From assembly GCA_965207225.1 (NCBI GenBank), contig CBDBLV010000003.1, positions 192,001-256,000 on the forward strand: DNA of 64,000 nucleotides. Reading direction: 5' to 3'. The position numbers and the translations under genes are program-made. Positions 36,096 through 45,752 of this stretch are shown here, in pieces (the first letter of the stretch is position 1; each line of letters opens with the position of its first letter). This DNA is from Dehalococcoidia bacterium (GTDB taxonomy: Bacteria > Chloroflexota > Dehalococcoidia > Plut-88900). Below the pieces are notes generated by a model, which was not told where the DNA came from, ran no database searches, and worked only from the letters and a program-made list of their open reading frames with translations.

Positions 36096-37115
36096 GTGTC
36101 CCATTCGGCCCTAGTCTTTGCGGCCCCTTACCGCGTCGAAGTGGAACGGTCGACGCTCGGGAGGCCGGGGCCGGGTGAGGCGATGGTAAGGACCCTGGTT
36201 TCGGCCATCAGCTCCGGCACCGAGATGCTCCTGTACCGCGGCCAGATGCCGGCAGAACTCGAGCTAGACGAATCTATTGCCGCGCTGGGTGGAGGGGTCC
36301 AGTATCCCGTCAGATACGGATATGCGGCGGTCGGGAGGGTGGAGGAAGTCGGAACAGGGGTGGAGGGAGTAGGGGTGGGGGACCTGGTCTTCTGCTTCCG
36401 ACCTCACGAGAGTGGTTTCGTCTGTCCGGCGTCGGACCTGATTAAAGCCCCCGAACACATGGAGCCGGAGGACGCCGTCTTCCTGCCGACCATGGAGACC
36501 GCAGTAAACCTCGTAATGGACGGCCAGCCGTCCATTGGGGAGCAGGTTGCGGTATTCGGGCAAGGGGTGGTGGGGCTGCTGGTCTCTGCCCTGCTTTCGA
36601 TGACACCGCTGTCCAGCCTGGTTACGGTGGACCAGTACGAGGAGCGGAGGAAAGAGTCTCTTGCATTGGGAGCCACGGCGAGCCTCGGGCCCGACGAGCC
36701 GGGGCTGATGGAGGCGCTAAAGGGGAGTCGGGGGTACCGGGGCGCAGACTTATCTTTCGAGCTGTCGGGGAATCCGGCGGCACTGGACACGGCAGTGAAA
36801 GCAGCCGGATATGGGGGAAGGATAGTGGTCGGGTCCTGGTATGGGACGAAGAGCACTAATCTGGGCCTGGGGGGTCGGTTTCACAGGGACCGGGTGCGGC
36901 TGATAAGCAGCCAGGTGAGTACAATAGCACCCGAGTGGTCGGGGCGGTGGACAAAGGCGCGCAGGTTCGATGTTGCATGGTCAATGGTCAGGAAGCTTAG
37001 GCCGTCCCGGCTTGTGAGCCATGCCTTCAGCCTGGAGGAAGCAGCGTCCGCCTACGAACTGCTGGACCGGGACCCGGGGAGCGCACTGCAGGTCCTTTTC
37101 ACTTACGAAGATTGA
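36096..37115 (+). CDS. Medium-chain (zinc-binding-like) dehydrogenase
   Basis: SAISSGTE, YGYAAVG, ETAVN, GQGVVG, SWYG, SSQV. Confidence 0.85.
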   Translation: MSHSALVFAAPYRVEVERSTLGRPGPGEAMVRTLVSAISSGTEMLLYRGQMPAELELDESIAALGGGVQYPVRYGYAAVGRVEEVGTGVEGVGVGDLVFCFRPHESGFVCPASDLIKAPEHMEPEDAVFLPTMETAVNLVMDGQPSIGEQVAVFGQGVVGLLVSALLSMTPLSSLVTVDQYEERRKESLALGATASLGPDEPGLMEALKGSRGYRGADLSFELSGNPAALDTAVKAAGYGGRIVVGSWYGTKSTNLGLGGRFHRDRVRLISSQVSTIAPEWSGRWTKARRFDVAWSMVRKLRPSRLVSHAFSLEEAASAYELLDRDPGSALQVLFTYED

Positions 37116-37137
37116 CGTTGCCGCGGGAGGAAAGCGA

Positions 37138-37515
37138 ATGTACACGGTATCCGTAAAACGTGACTTCATAGGCCAGCACTACCTGGTGGGTGGAGACTGG
37201 GGCCCGGAGAACGAGCTGAACTCCCACCATTACGCTATCGAGGTGATGCTGGAAGGGCCGGAGCTGGACGAGCATGCGTACCTGGTGGACATCGTGGATA
37301 TCACGACCCACCTCGAGGCGCTGGTGGACCGATACAGAGACCGAACCCTTAATGACTTTGAGGAGTTCGAGGGGCTGAACCCGAGCATCGAGCATTTTTC
37401 CCGCATAGCGTGTGAGTCTCTGGCCGGGGCGATAAAGACGAAGGGCCTCTCGGCGGTGACGGTGAAGATGTACGAGGACGCCGACGCGTGGGCGTCCTAC
37501 CGTCTCGAACTCTGA
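37138..37515 (+). CDS. 6-pyruvoyl-tetrahydropterin synthase/QueD family protein, non-canonical subfamily
   Basis: QHYL.GGDWGPENELNSHHY, LVDIV, LN, NPSIE, YE; no CxxxHGH motif; SD GGAGG. Confidence 0.85.
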   Translation: MYTVSVKRDFIGQHYLVGGDWGPENELNSHHYAIEVMLEGPELDEHAYLVDIVDITTHLEALVDRYRDRTLNDFEEFEGLNPSIEHFSRIACESLAGAIKTKGLSAVTVKMYEDADAWASYRLEL

Positions 37516-38579
37516 TGCGGGTCGGGCTGGTGATATATGGCCCACTTTCTACGATGTCGGGTGGGTTCCTGTACGACCGGAAGATAGTCGAGCATTTGCG
37601 GGAGTCAGGGGACGAGGTGGAGGTGATATCGCTGCCCTGGGACAGCTACCCGCAGCTGCTTACCCATAACTTCTCGAAGCAGTTGCAGAGAAAAATCAAA
37701 GGGCTGGAACTGGACGTCCTCTTACAGGACGAACTGAACCACCCCTCTCTTTTTCGGCTGAACCGGTCCCTGTGGGGGATTCCCAAGGTATCTATCGTTC
37801 ATCACCTGCGGTCCAAGGAGTCGCACCCCGTGTGGGCGATGCCGTTCTACCGCTGGGTAGAGACCCGCTATCTTGAGACGGTTAATGCCTTCATATTCAA
37901 TAGTCGCACAACCCGGCGTGACGTTGCCGAGGCGTTGGGAGGTATGAAGGGTCACGTCATCGCATATCCCGGCGGAGACCGGTTGAAGTCGGACATCACG
38001 CCGCAAGAGATTATGGAACGAGCGTTGAGGTGCGGGCCGCTGAGGTTGCTGTTCATAGGCAACCTGATACCACGAAAGGGGCTTCATACTCTTGTGGATG
38101 CATTAGCAATCTCGGGGCCGGGGTGGCGGCTGGACGTGGTGGGGTCGGATGCCGACCGCGGATATTCATCAAGGATGAAGAAGATGGTCTCGGAAAAAGG
38201 TCTCTCGGAAAGAGTGCGGTTCCACGGCTCACTAGATGACGATGCCTTGAAGGGCCTCCTTGAGCAGAGCCACGTATTGGCTGTTCCGTCATCTTACGAA
38301 GGATTCGGGATTGTGTACATGGAGGGGATGGGTTTCGGCCTGCCTGCTTTGGCCACGACATCGGGGGCGGCATCAGAGACGATAAAGCATGGGGTGAATG
38401 GGTTCCTGATTGCGCCGGATGATGTGTCGGGGCTGGCGCAGCTTGTCATGCAGCTGGTCAGTGACAGATCGCTGTTGGCTGAGTTGGGCCTGACGGCACT
38501 CGCGACATATGAGGATCACCCGACCTGGGAACAGAGCGCAGAAACTGTCCGGCAATTCCTGCTGGAAATGGCCGGCTGA
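37515..38579 (+). CDS. Glycosyltransferase family 4
   Basis: SGGFLYDR, DELNHP, GNLIPRKG, EGFGIVY.EGM. Confidence 0.88.
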   Translation: MRVGLVIYGPLSTMSGGFLYDRKIVEHLRESGDEVEVISLPWDSYPQLLTHNFSKQLQRKIKGLELDVLLQDELNHPSLFRLNRSLWGIPKVSIVHHLRSKESHPVWAMPFYRWVETRYLETVNAFIFNSRTTRRDVAEALGGMKGHVIAYPGGDRLKSDITPQEIMERALRCGPLRLLFIGNLIPRKGLHTLVDALAISGPGWRLDVVGSDADRGYSSRMKKMVSEKGLSERVRFHGSLDDDALKGLLEQSHVLAVPSSYEGFGIVYMEGMGFGLPALATTSGAASETIKHGVNGFLIAPDDVSGLAQLVMQLVSDRSLLAELGLTALATYEDHPTWEQSAETVRQFLLEMAG

Positions 38580-38588
38580 GGGCTGATA

Positions 38589-39509
38589 ATGCCTGAACCC
38601 GGGGCGCCCGAATACCATCGATACCTTGCGGCCAAGAAGTCGGTAGACGACAGATCGTTGAACCCACGGGTATGGGACACGCTGGCCGGGGCCCTGCCGC
38701 GGGGACGCACCCTGGATGTACTGGAGCTTGGAGCGGGCATCGGACAGATGGTGCAGAGGGTGATCGAACTAGGGCTGTTGACGGACTGCACTTACACAGC
38801 GGTGGAGCTAGAAGCGGGAAACGTGGAGGAAGCGATGCGGCAGCTGCCGGAGTGGGCCGGGGAGTCGGGGTATAGTGTGGAGGGGGTGGGGAGGCGCGGG
38901 TTACGGGTGAGGGGGGAGGGGATGCGTTTCGACCTGTCCTTTGAGACGGCGAATGCCATCGAATTTCTTAATAGGTCCGAGACCCGTTCGGCGTTTGACC
39001 TCGTGATTGCACAGGCATTCCTTGACCTGGTGGACCTGGACGCGGCCCTGCCTCTAATGGCCGGTTCTCTGAAGAGTCACGGACTGCTATATCTGTGCAT
39101 CAATTTTGACGGTGGGACGATTTTCGACCCGCCAATTGACGAAAAATTGGACAGGCGTATAGAGGACGTCTATCACAGAACGATGGACGAAAGGACTGCA
39201 GGCGAGAAGCGTTCTGGGGACAGCCGGACGGGGCGGCAACTATTCTCCGGGCTGAGGAAGACAGGGGCGCGGGTGCTGGATGCGGGGGCGTCGGACTGGG
39301 TGGTATTCCCAAGGGATGGAGGATACAGCAAGGATGAAGAGAGCTTCCTTCACGCCATCATCGATACGGTGGAGGGGGCGCTCCAGGGCAGAAAAGAGAT
39401 CGATGCCCAGGCCCTTGTCCGGTGGGCCCGAGAGCGACGGGCGCAGGTCGAGTCCCGGGAGCTTGTATACATCGCTCACCAGATAGACATCCTCGCCCAA
39501 ATCCCATGA
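38589..39509 (+). CDS. Class I SAM-dependent methyltransferase-like protein
   Basis: YLAAKKSVDDR, LELGAGIG, AFLDL, FDG, SDWVV, AHQ.D. Confidence 0.8.
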   Translation: MPEPGAPEYHRYLAAKKSVDDRSLNPRVWDTLAGALPRGRTLDVLELGAGIGQMVQRVIELGLLTDCTYTAVELEAGNVEEAMRQLPEWAGESGYSVEGVGRRGLRVRGEGMRFDLSFETANAIEFLNRSETRSAFDLVIAQAFLDLVDLDAALPLMAGSLKSHGLLYLCINFDGGTIFDPPIDEKLDRRIEDVYHRTMDERTAGEKRSGDSRTGRQLFSGLRKTGARVLDAGASDWVVFPRDGGYSKDEESFLHAIIDTVEGALQGRKEIDAQALVRWARERRAQVESRELVYIAHQIDILAQIP

Positions 39510-39596
39510 CCTCACGGCTCTCCTCCGCCAAGGGGTAGAATGACCTTGATGCCGGTCATCGATGCATCGCAGCTTTTCCTTTCATAAGGGGTTCCC

Positions 39597-40388
39597 ATAG
39601 ACATTGCTATTGAAATAATCCTCGGGTTGGGGTTGGGATTCGCCGTGGGAGTGACGGGGGTGGGTGGGGCGGCGCTGGCGGTGCCGAGCCTGGTGTTCTT
39701 TCTGGGCTTCTCCACGGTTGAAGCCATCGCCACGACCTTTCCCTTCACGGCCATCGTCAAGTCGGCGGGGTTTGTGCAGCACAGCAGGCAGGGCACATTC
39801 AACTACCGGGTTGGCGGTTCATTGCTCCTGGGAGGGGTGCCGGGCGCGGTGGCGGGTGTAGCCCTCCTGTCGGGGCTTTACGTCGAATACGGGGACTCGC
39901 TGGAGGCATGGGTGAACCTGGCAATCGGGCTACTGGTGCTGATGGGCGCGGGGCTGCTCTTCCTACAGCTGAGGCTCAGACCGCACCACACTGAGAACAG
40001 TGTCGCTTCCCTGAGCCCGAGGAGGTGGGTGGCGGGCTCGGGATTGGGGGCGGGGCTGGGGTTGATAATGGGCGCTACATCCATAGGGGCGGGAACGTTG
40101 ATGACGGCACCCGTGCTTATCCTGTACCGGATCAGCGCGGACAAGGTTGTGGGGACAACTATCGGGGTGTCCCTGGTGCTGATGGTGGTCGGGACTCTGG
40201 GCTATCTGAGCCAGGACCTCGTGGGATGGAGCACGGTGATATTCATGAGCCTCGGGGCTGTACCGGCGGTGATAGTCGGGAGCCGGCTAACCACGCGCAT
40301 CCCTGAAAAGGCCCTGATAGCCGTGCTCACGGCGATGATGCTGACGGCGTCGGTGAGCCTGCTGGTGAAGTCGGGGGTGGGGTTTTGA
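39597..40388 (+). CDS. TauE/SafE (sulfite exporter) family membrane protein; start ATA 39597 or TTG 39627
   Basis: GFAVGVTGVGG, TSIGAG, VGT; hydrophobic throughout. Confidence 0.82.
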   Translation: MDIAIEIILGLGLGFAVGVTGVGGAALAVPSLVFFLGFSTVEAIATTFPFTAIVKSAGFVQHSRQGTFNYRVGGSLLLGGVPGAVAGVALLSGLYVEYGDSLEAWVNLAIGLLVLMGAGLLFLQLRLRPHHTENSVASLSPRRWVAGSGLGAGLGLIMGATSIGAGTLMTAPVLILYRISADKVVGTTIGVSLVLMVVGTLGYLSQDLVGWSTVIFMSLGAVPAVIVGSRLTTRIPEKALIAVLTAMMLTASVSLLVKSGVGF

Positions 40389-40461
40389 GGTGGGAGTCGG
40401 TTGACACCCGAGACCAGGCCCAATATGTTTGCCCCACACCCCGACCAGACAGGAGCTGGCA

Positions 40462-41652
40462 ATGAAGAAAGAGCAGATCACAGCCCCAGGCATCTATTCC
40501 ACGGAGGCGCTGAAGTTTGCGCACGGGGTCAGGGTGGGGAACGTGCTTTATACGTCGGGGATCATTGCCCGGGGGCCGGATGGGGAGATGGTGGGGAGGG
40601 GGGACGTGGAGGCCCAGGCGCACCAGGTGTACCAGAACATCGAGGCGATACTGGCCGCAGGCGGGGCTACCTGGAACGACGTGGTCAAATACAACTGCTA
40701 TCTCGCCAACCCTGAAGACAGGCAGAAGGCCCGGCAAGTGCACTTCCAGTACCTGCCCTATTACCAGAGGGCCGGGGCCACGGTGGGTATGCCCCTACTT
40801 CAACCCGAATTGCTCATCGAGGTGGACGTGATCGCGTACATAGGGGAGCCGAAGCACTGCGTCAGCAACGTGCCGGATACGTTTGTGCCTCTCGGATCCC
40901 CACATTCGGTGCGGGTTGGGGACACGATTTACATTACGGGCCAGCAGCCGATTGCGGGAAAGCAGCCCGTGCTATCAGGGAGACAGCTGGGCAACGTGGC
41001 TTCGCACGAGGCAGAGGTGATCGGGGTTGGGGACTTTAGCGCGCAGACGGAGGCGGTCTACAAGAACTTCGAGAATATCCTGAAAGCGAACGGTGCGGAC
41101 TGGGAGAACGTGGTATGGAGCCATGGTTACGTGACGCGGCACGACATTATTCACGAGTACAGGGACGTGAGATATCGGTATCATCGGCCGGGGCAGGTAG
41201 CGGCGACATCGGTGGTGTGTTCACTGGTCGGGGCGGAGTGGCAGATAGAGGCAGAGATCATAGCGTCGATGGCGCCTCGGGAGTCATTCACGGTGCCGGG
41301 GGTGTCGGTTTCTCCGGGCGTGGCCCATGCCGTGAGAGCAGGCAATACTTTATACGTGCAGGGCCAGGTGGCCAGGAACTCGAAGGACGAACCCGTAGGG
41401 GTAGGAGACTTCGAGGCACAGGCTACGCAGGCTTACAAGAACATAGACGACATTTTGAGGGGAGCGGGCGCCAGCTGGGACAATGTGGTGCGCATCAAGA
41501 CCTACCTGATCGACCGGAAGCACGGCCCGGCGGTAAGGAGGGAAAGGGACCGGTACCTGAAGCCCGGGGCCTACACCAGCACGACGGTTGTTGCAGGCTT
41601 CTTCAAGCCCGAGTACATGCTGGAGGTGGAGGCCGTCGCAGTCCTGGAATAG
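40462..41652 (+). CDS. Protein of three tandem RidA/YjgF/UK114 domains
   Basis: Three (H)xVRxG..LY..G / Q....Y.N...IL...GA.W..VV / ExE repeats; SD AGGAG. Confidence 0.88.
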   Translation: MKKEQITAPGIYSTEALKFAHGVRVGNVLYTSGIIARGPDGEMVGRGDVEAQAHQVYQNIEAILAAGGATWNDVVKYNCYLANPEDRQKARQVHFQYLPYYQRAGATVGMPLLQPELLIEVDVIAYIGEPKHCVSNVPDTFVPLGSPHSVRVGDTIYITGQQPIAGKQPVLSGRQLGNVASHEAEVIGVGDFSAQTEAVYKNFENILKANGADWENVVWSHGYVTRHDIIHEYRDVRYRYHRPGQVAATSVVCSLVGAEWQIEAEIIASMAPRESFTVPGVSVSPGVAHAVRAGNTLYVQGQVARNSKDEPVGVGDFEAQATQAYKNIDDILRGAGASWDNVVRIKTYLIDRKHGPAVRRERDRYLKPGAYTSTTVVAGFFKPEYMLEVEAVAVLE

Positions 41653-41655
41653 ACC

Positions 41656-42072
41656 CTAGCCGTCGGTCAGGGGGCTGTGGAGGCTGCCAACGGTGTCGGG
41701 GGTGATGACTATGGTGAGGCGCTGTTCGCCGGGCTGGTGGAAGGGGTATTCATCCAGGCCCAGGTATTTTTTAGCCAGGGCGTCGATGTGCTTGCTCTCG
41801 GGGTCGGGTCTTATCTCCGTGATCCTACCCCGGATGAATACAGCTTCGTAGGGCCTGTCTTGGTCGACTATGGAGACGGCGACTCTCGGGTCCCGGCGGA
41901 AGTTCCTGGCCTTGATGGTGGATGCGTCGACGTTTATGACTATGTCGTTGCCGATGGCCTCGCACCAGACGGGGGAGGCCTGGGGGGAGCCATCGGGCAT
42001 GAGGGAGGTAACGTGGGCGAAGTTCCTGGCGTTGAAGAGGGCTCGGGCGTCGTCGGGTAGGGTTGCGGTCAA
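41656..42072 (-). CDS. PPOX-class F420-dependent oxidoreductase
   Basis: LMPDGSPQASPVW, K.RN.RRDPRVAVS, IDALAKKYLG..YP. Confidence 0.88.
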   Translation of the reverse strand: MTATLPDDARALFNARNFAHVTSLMPDGSPQASPVWCEAIGNDIVINVDASTIKARNFRRDPRVAVSIVDQDRPYEAVFIRGRITEIRPDPESKHIDALAKKYLGLDEYPFHQPGEQRLTIVITPDTVGSLHSPLTDG

Positions 42073-42093
42073 TTTCTTTTCCTCCTGTTTGGC

Positions 42094-43281
42094 CTAGTGA
42101 AGGCCGATGTCTTTGAATAGCCAGGCCGAGGCCAAGGACTTGCCTTCGCGAAAGCGGCGCATCGAGAAGATGGACATGTCGACAAGGGAAGTTCGGCCCG
42201 TGGTTATCAATTCGGCCATCAGGTCTCCGGCCACGGGGGCCTGCTGCATTCCCAGCCCGCTCCAGCCGCACATGTTGTAGAAGCCTGCTACCTGCGCGCT
42301 CTCCTCGAAGATGGGGGAGTCGTCGGGGGTGATGTCATAGGCGCAGGAATAGCCGCCGCGGTGGACTGCTTTTTCCAGCGTTGGCAGGGCCACGGCACCT
42401 TCCGTGCGGTGCCGGGCCACAAGCTCCGGGGCGGCATCCTCCGGCATGGTGTCGGGATCAACTACTTCGATTTCATCGCGGATTTCCAGGGTGTTGAGGA
42501 CGTTTATCAGGTTGCCGGGTTCGCAGCGGAAGATATAGTCAGTGCGTCCGTCGTGGAAGATGGGCCGGAACTCGGGCATGGACCAATGCCTTTGGTAGAT
42601 GACGCCCTGGCCGCGGGTTGGGGTGATGGGAATGTCGATGCCCACCATCCTGCCGATAGTCGGGGCCCAGATTCCTGACGCGTTTACCACAACCGATGAA
42701 GTGACTGTGCCCTTGTCGGTCTCTATGGCGGCGACACGACCCCCGGTCAGGCTGATGCTAAGGGCCCTGGTCTGCTCACAGATCTCGGCGCCCATTTCTC
42801 GGGCCCGGGCGGCGAATGCTGCGGTGACGCCGCCGGGGTTGGAGTATCCGGCGTCTGGGAAGTGGACGATGGCGCCGATACCTTCGGTGACGAGGCCGGG
42901 GACGATTTCGGTGAGCTGGGTGGTGTCTAGGAACTCGCTTCTCATCCCGACTTTGCTGGTAAGGGCGACCATATCACGGACAAGGTCGGCGTTGGACTCG
43001 GGCTCGGCCCATAGCCGTCCGATGTTCAGGAACTGGCCTCCAACACCGATTAGCTCGTCGAAGTTCAGGTAGACCTTGGAGGATTCGTGGATGATCTTCA
43101 CCGTTTCCTCAACGCCGTGGTAGGGGCGGAGGTTAGCGAGGGAGCGGCCTGTCGGGCCTGAGGCGAGGTAGCCCTGTTCTAGGAGGACGACGTCGTGGGC
43201 GCCTCGTTTTGCAAGGTGATAGGCCGTGCTGGCACCCATGACACCGCCGCCAATTATCACTACTTCTGCGGTACTCTTCAT
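42094..43281 (-). CDS. FAD-dependent oxidoreductase (DAO/sarcosine oxidase beta-like)
   Basis: IIGGGVMG, VVNASGIW, YDITPD..PI, G.SG.G..QAP..G. Confidence 0.88.
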   Translation of the reverse strand: MKSTAEVVIIGGGVMGASTAYHLAKRGAHDVVLLEQGYLASGPTGRSLANLRPYHGVEETVKIIHESSKVYLNFDELIGVGGQFLNIGRLWAEPESNADLVRDMVALTSKVGMRSEFLDTTQLTEIVPGLVTEGIGAIVHFPDAGYSNPGGVTAAFAARAREMGAEICEQTRALSISLTGGRVAAIETDKGTVTSSVVVNASGIWAPTIGRMVGIDIPITPTRGQGVIYQRHWSMPEFRPIFHDGRTDYIFRCEPGNLINVLNTLEIRDEIEVVDPDTMPEDAAPELVARHRTEGAVALPTLEKAVHRGGYSCAYDITPDDSPIFEESAQVAGFYNMCGWSGLGMQQAPVAGDLMAELITTGRTSLVDMSIFSMRRFREGKSLASAWLFKDIGLH

Positions 43282-43523
43282 GACTCCTCTTCATTGTTCA
43301 TCATGTCAATGGTCTGGCCGTGCGGATGCATTATAAGCCTAGAGGTTTGAATGGCAGGCGTTTTGATTGAATTCGGAATTCAGGCACGGGTTTGATTGTT
43401 TAAGGAAAGAACTTTCTCTCGGAGGTGCTGCGGGAACCGGCGGACGGGTAAGCTCGAGGTCCTGCAAATGGTCTTTCGTTGTAAGACATTGGTGAAATTG
43501 ATGTCCAAGCCTGAGGCCCCACC

Positions 43524-43553
43524 CCAGATTCCTCGCGGGGCATCGGAATGACA
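43524..43553. repeat. REP-like palindrome CCAGATTCCTCGC..CATCGGAATGAC
   Basis: Near-identical to 62042-62073. Confidence 0.7.
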
Positions 43554-43682
43554 GGAACTTTAGTGGAAGGATATGGAGGCGGTGCGGGACACGCAAGGGA
43601 CGATTGTCACAGTTCAGCTTGACGGGCATTTCCGCCAACTCCACAATACTCTCGAAACTCCACCCCGCAGAAGGAGCCCATT

Positions 43683-44594
43683 ATGGAAGCAGCGCAAGAG
43701 CCCCTGGTATATGTGAATGGTGAGCTTGTACCAGCAAGTCAGGCGACGGTGTCGGTGTTCGACAGGGGGTTCAGATGGGGTGACGGGGTCTACGAGATGG
43801 CGCGAACGTTCAATGGGAAGATATGGAAGCTACGCGAGCACCTGGACAGATTGTACTGGTCGCTGCAGTACACGAGGATCGACCCCCGGATGGACATAGA
43901 CGTCCTGGAGGCCGCAACCGTAGACTTGGTGGAGACCAATTTCCGTAGGTCGGGGCCCGATGACGTGGGTGTAACGCATATCATCAGCCGTGGGGTGGTG
44001 GAGCCGACCCGGAAGGCGGACATGCCTCCGACAGTGGTGATTTACACGGAACCCCTGGCGTTTGGAATGTATGCCAAGTGGTACAAAGACGGGATCAGGA
44101 TGATTACACCGGCCACCCGGCGCACGCCGCCCCAGAGTCTGTCCCCCAAGGCCAAGATATCCAACAAGATGAACCATATGGTGGCCGACTTCGAGGCTAA
44201 GGCCATAGATCCTGAGGCTCTTCCCCTGATGCTGGACTACGACGGGAACGTGGCGGAGAGCAGCGGGGCGAATTTCTTGTTCTTGCGCGAGGACACGATA
44301 TACATACCCAACCGTCGCCACGTGTTGGGGGGCATCACCATGGAGTCGGTGCTGGAGATAGCGTCGACGCTGGGGTTCAAGGCAGAGGAGGGCGACTATA
44401 CGCCGTTCGACGTATACAAGGCGGACGAGGCGTTCATGACGACGACGCCCAGCCACATAGCTCCCGTTGTGTCGCTGAACGGTATAAAGATCGGGGCGGG
44501 GGTGCCGGGGCCCGCGTTCCAGCAGATCACACAGGCATGGAGCGACATTGTCGGGATCGACATCGTGGACCAGGCGATGGCGTATGCCAGCTAA
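43683..44594 (+). CDS. Class IV aminotransferase (BCAT/D-amino acid aminotransferase-like)
   Basis: DRGF.WGDGVYE, EHLDRL, AK, E.SGANF, LGGIT, ADEAF. Confidence 0.9.
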   Translation: MEAAQEPLVYVNGELVPASQATVSVFDRGFRWGDGVYEMARTFNGKIWKLREHLDRLYWSLQYTRIDPRMDIDVLEAATVDLVETNFRRSGPDDVGVTHIISRGVVEPTRKADMPPTVVIYTEPLAFGMYAKWYKDGIRMITPATRRTPPQSLSPKAKISNKMNHMVADFEAKAIDPEALPLMLDYDGNVAESSGANFLFLREDTIYIPNRRHVLGGITMESVLEIASTLGFKAEEGDYTPFDVYKADEAFMTTTPSHIAPVVSLNGIKIGAGVPGPAFQQITQAWSDIVGIDIVDQAMAYAS

Positions 44595-44597
44595 GCG

Positions 44598-45698
44598 CTA
44601 GGAAACAAGTCGGGTCAGTGCGTATTGGCCCAGGTGGCGGTTTTCTTCGACGTCGTCGGGGCTGAGATCTGAGTTCCAGGCGATGAGAGGAATCGTCTGC
44701 TCGTGGATGGAGGCGTGAGAGCGGAGGCCGACACGCATTTCAATTTCGTTCGGGTCACCGAAGACGACGTTTTTCTCGGCGTTGACAAAGATGTTGCCCA
44801 TTCGGCCAGGGTGCAGATGGTATTCCTGAACGGCCTCGTCGCGGCTGAAAGCGCTGTGGACGCCGGGCGTCTCCCGGATGATATTGAGGGCCTCGTGCAC
44901 ATCTCTTTCGTCCAGATAGACGAAGGTGCAGCCACCGAGATTGGAGTGCTGCAGCACGTAGCGGTCCTTGATTATGGGCACGGGGTTGGAGTCGATGCCC
45001 CGGGCCCCGAGGATGCCCTTGAGGTCGACAATGCGGTCCTTGCTGGACATGCCGTGGTCGGCGGTGAGGAGGAGGGTGATGTCGGGGTGGTGGGAAAGGA
45101 GCTCGCCGATGTTGTCGTCGAGGATGGTCATGTGGCGTTGGGACTCGGGGTGGTCGGGGGGGAAGGTGTGCATCGCATAGTCGGTAGTGGCGATGTAGAC
45201 AACGTCGAAATGGCTTCCTGACATCAGGTGGTCGGCGGCCTGCATGATCCAGCCGTTCACTTCCAGGGAGTAGATGGGGGGTGGGGCGCCAGCAACAGAC
45301 ACCATGTCTTCCAGAGGTTCTTCTGAAGAGAAGCCGACGGTGGCGTGAGCACCGATGAGTGTGCGGAGCTTGTCCTTGGACGACACCATCAGGCTGCGCT
45401 TGCCGAGACGGTTAGCCTTCTGGAAGAGGGTCTCGGCGAGGATGAAGTCGGCGGACTCCATGTAGGTCTCCTGGCCGGTCTCCGAGTTGAGCCAGTAGTT
45501 ACAGTTGATGCCGTGGGACTCGGGGTAGAGGCCCGTGACCAGGGAGACGTTGTTGACGTTGGTCACCGAGGGCATCATGGACCGGCCGATTTTCAGGAAG
45601 CCCCTGGAACAGACCTCATCGATGTTTGGGATGGCACAGGCCTGGAGGTACTCGGGGTCAAAGCCGTCGATGATGATTATTACTATGGGTTTGTCCAT
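44598..45698 (-). CDS. phnA: Phosphonoacetate hydrolase-like (alkaline phosphatase superfamily)
   Basis: IDG, MPSVTNVNNVS.VTG, TTDYAMH, TADHGM, I.D.YV..H, LRSH. Confidence 0.75.
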   Translation of the reverse strand: MDKPIVIIIIDGFDPEYLQACAIPNIDEVCSRGFLKIGRSMMPSVTNVNNVSLVTGLYPESHGINCNYWLNSETGQETYMESADFILAETLFQKANRLGKRSLMVSSKDKLRTLIGAHATVGFSSEEPLEDMVSVAGAPPPIYSLEVNGWIMQAADHLMSGSHFDVVYIATTDYAMHTFPPDHPESQRHMTILDDNIGELLSHHPDITLLLTADHGMSSKDRIVDLKGILGARGIDSNPVPIIKDRYVLQHSNLGGCTFVYLDERDVHEALNIIRETPGVHSAFSRDEAVQEYHLHPGRMGNIFVNAEKNVVFGDPNEIEMRVGLRSHASIHEQTIPLIAWNSDLSPDDVEENRHLGQYALTRLVS

Positions 45699-45752
45699 TT
45701 GGGTAATCGTAGCACAAGCGGGGACGGTGGATTGGCTTGCTTCGGGCTAAGG

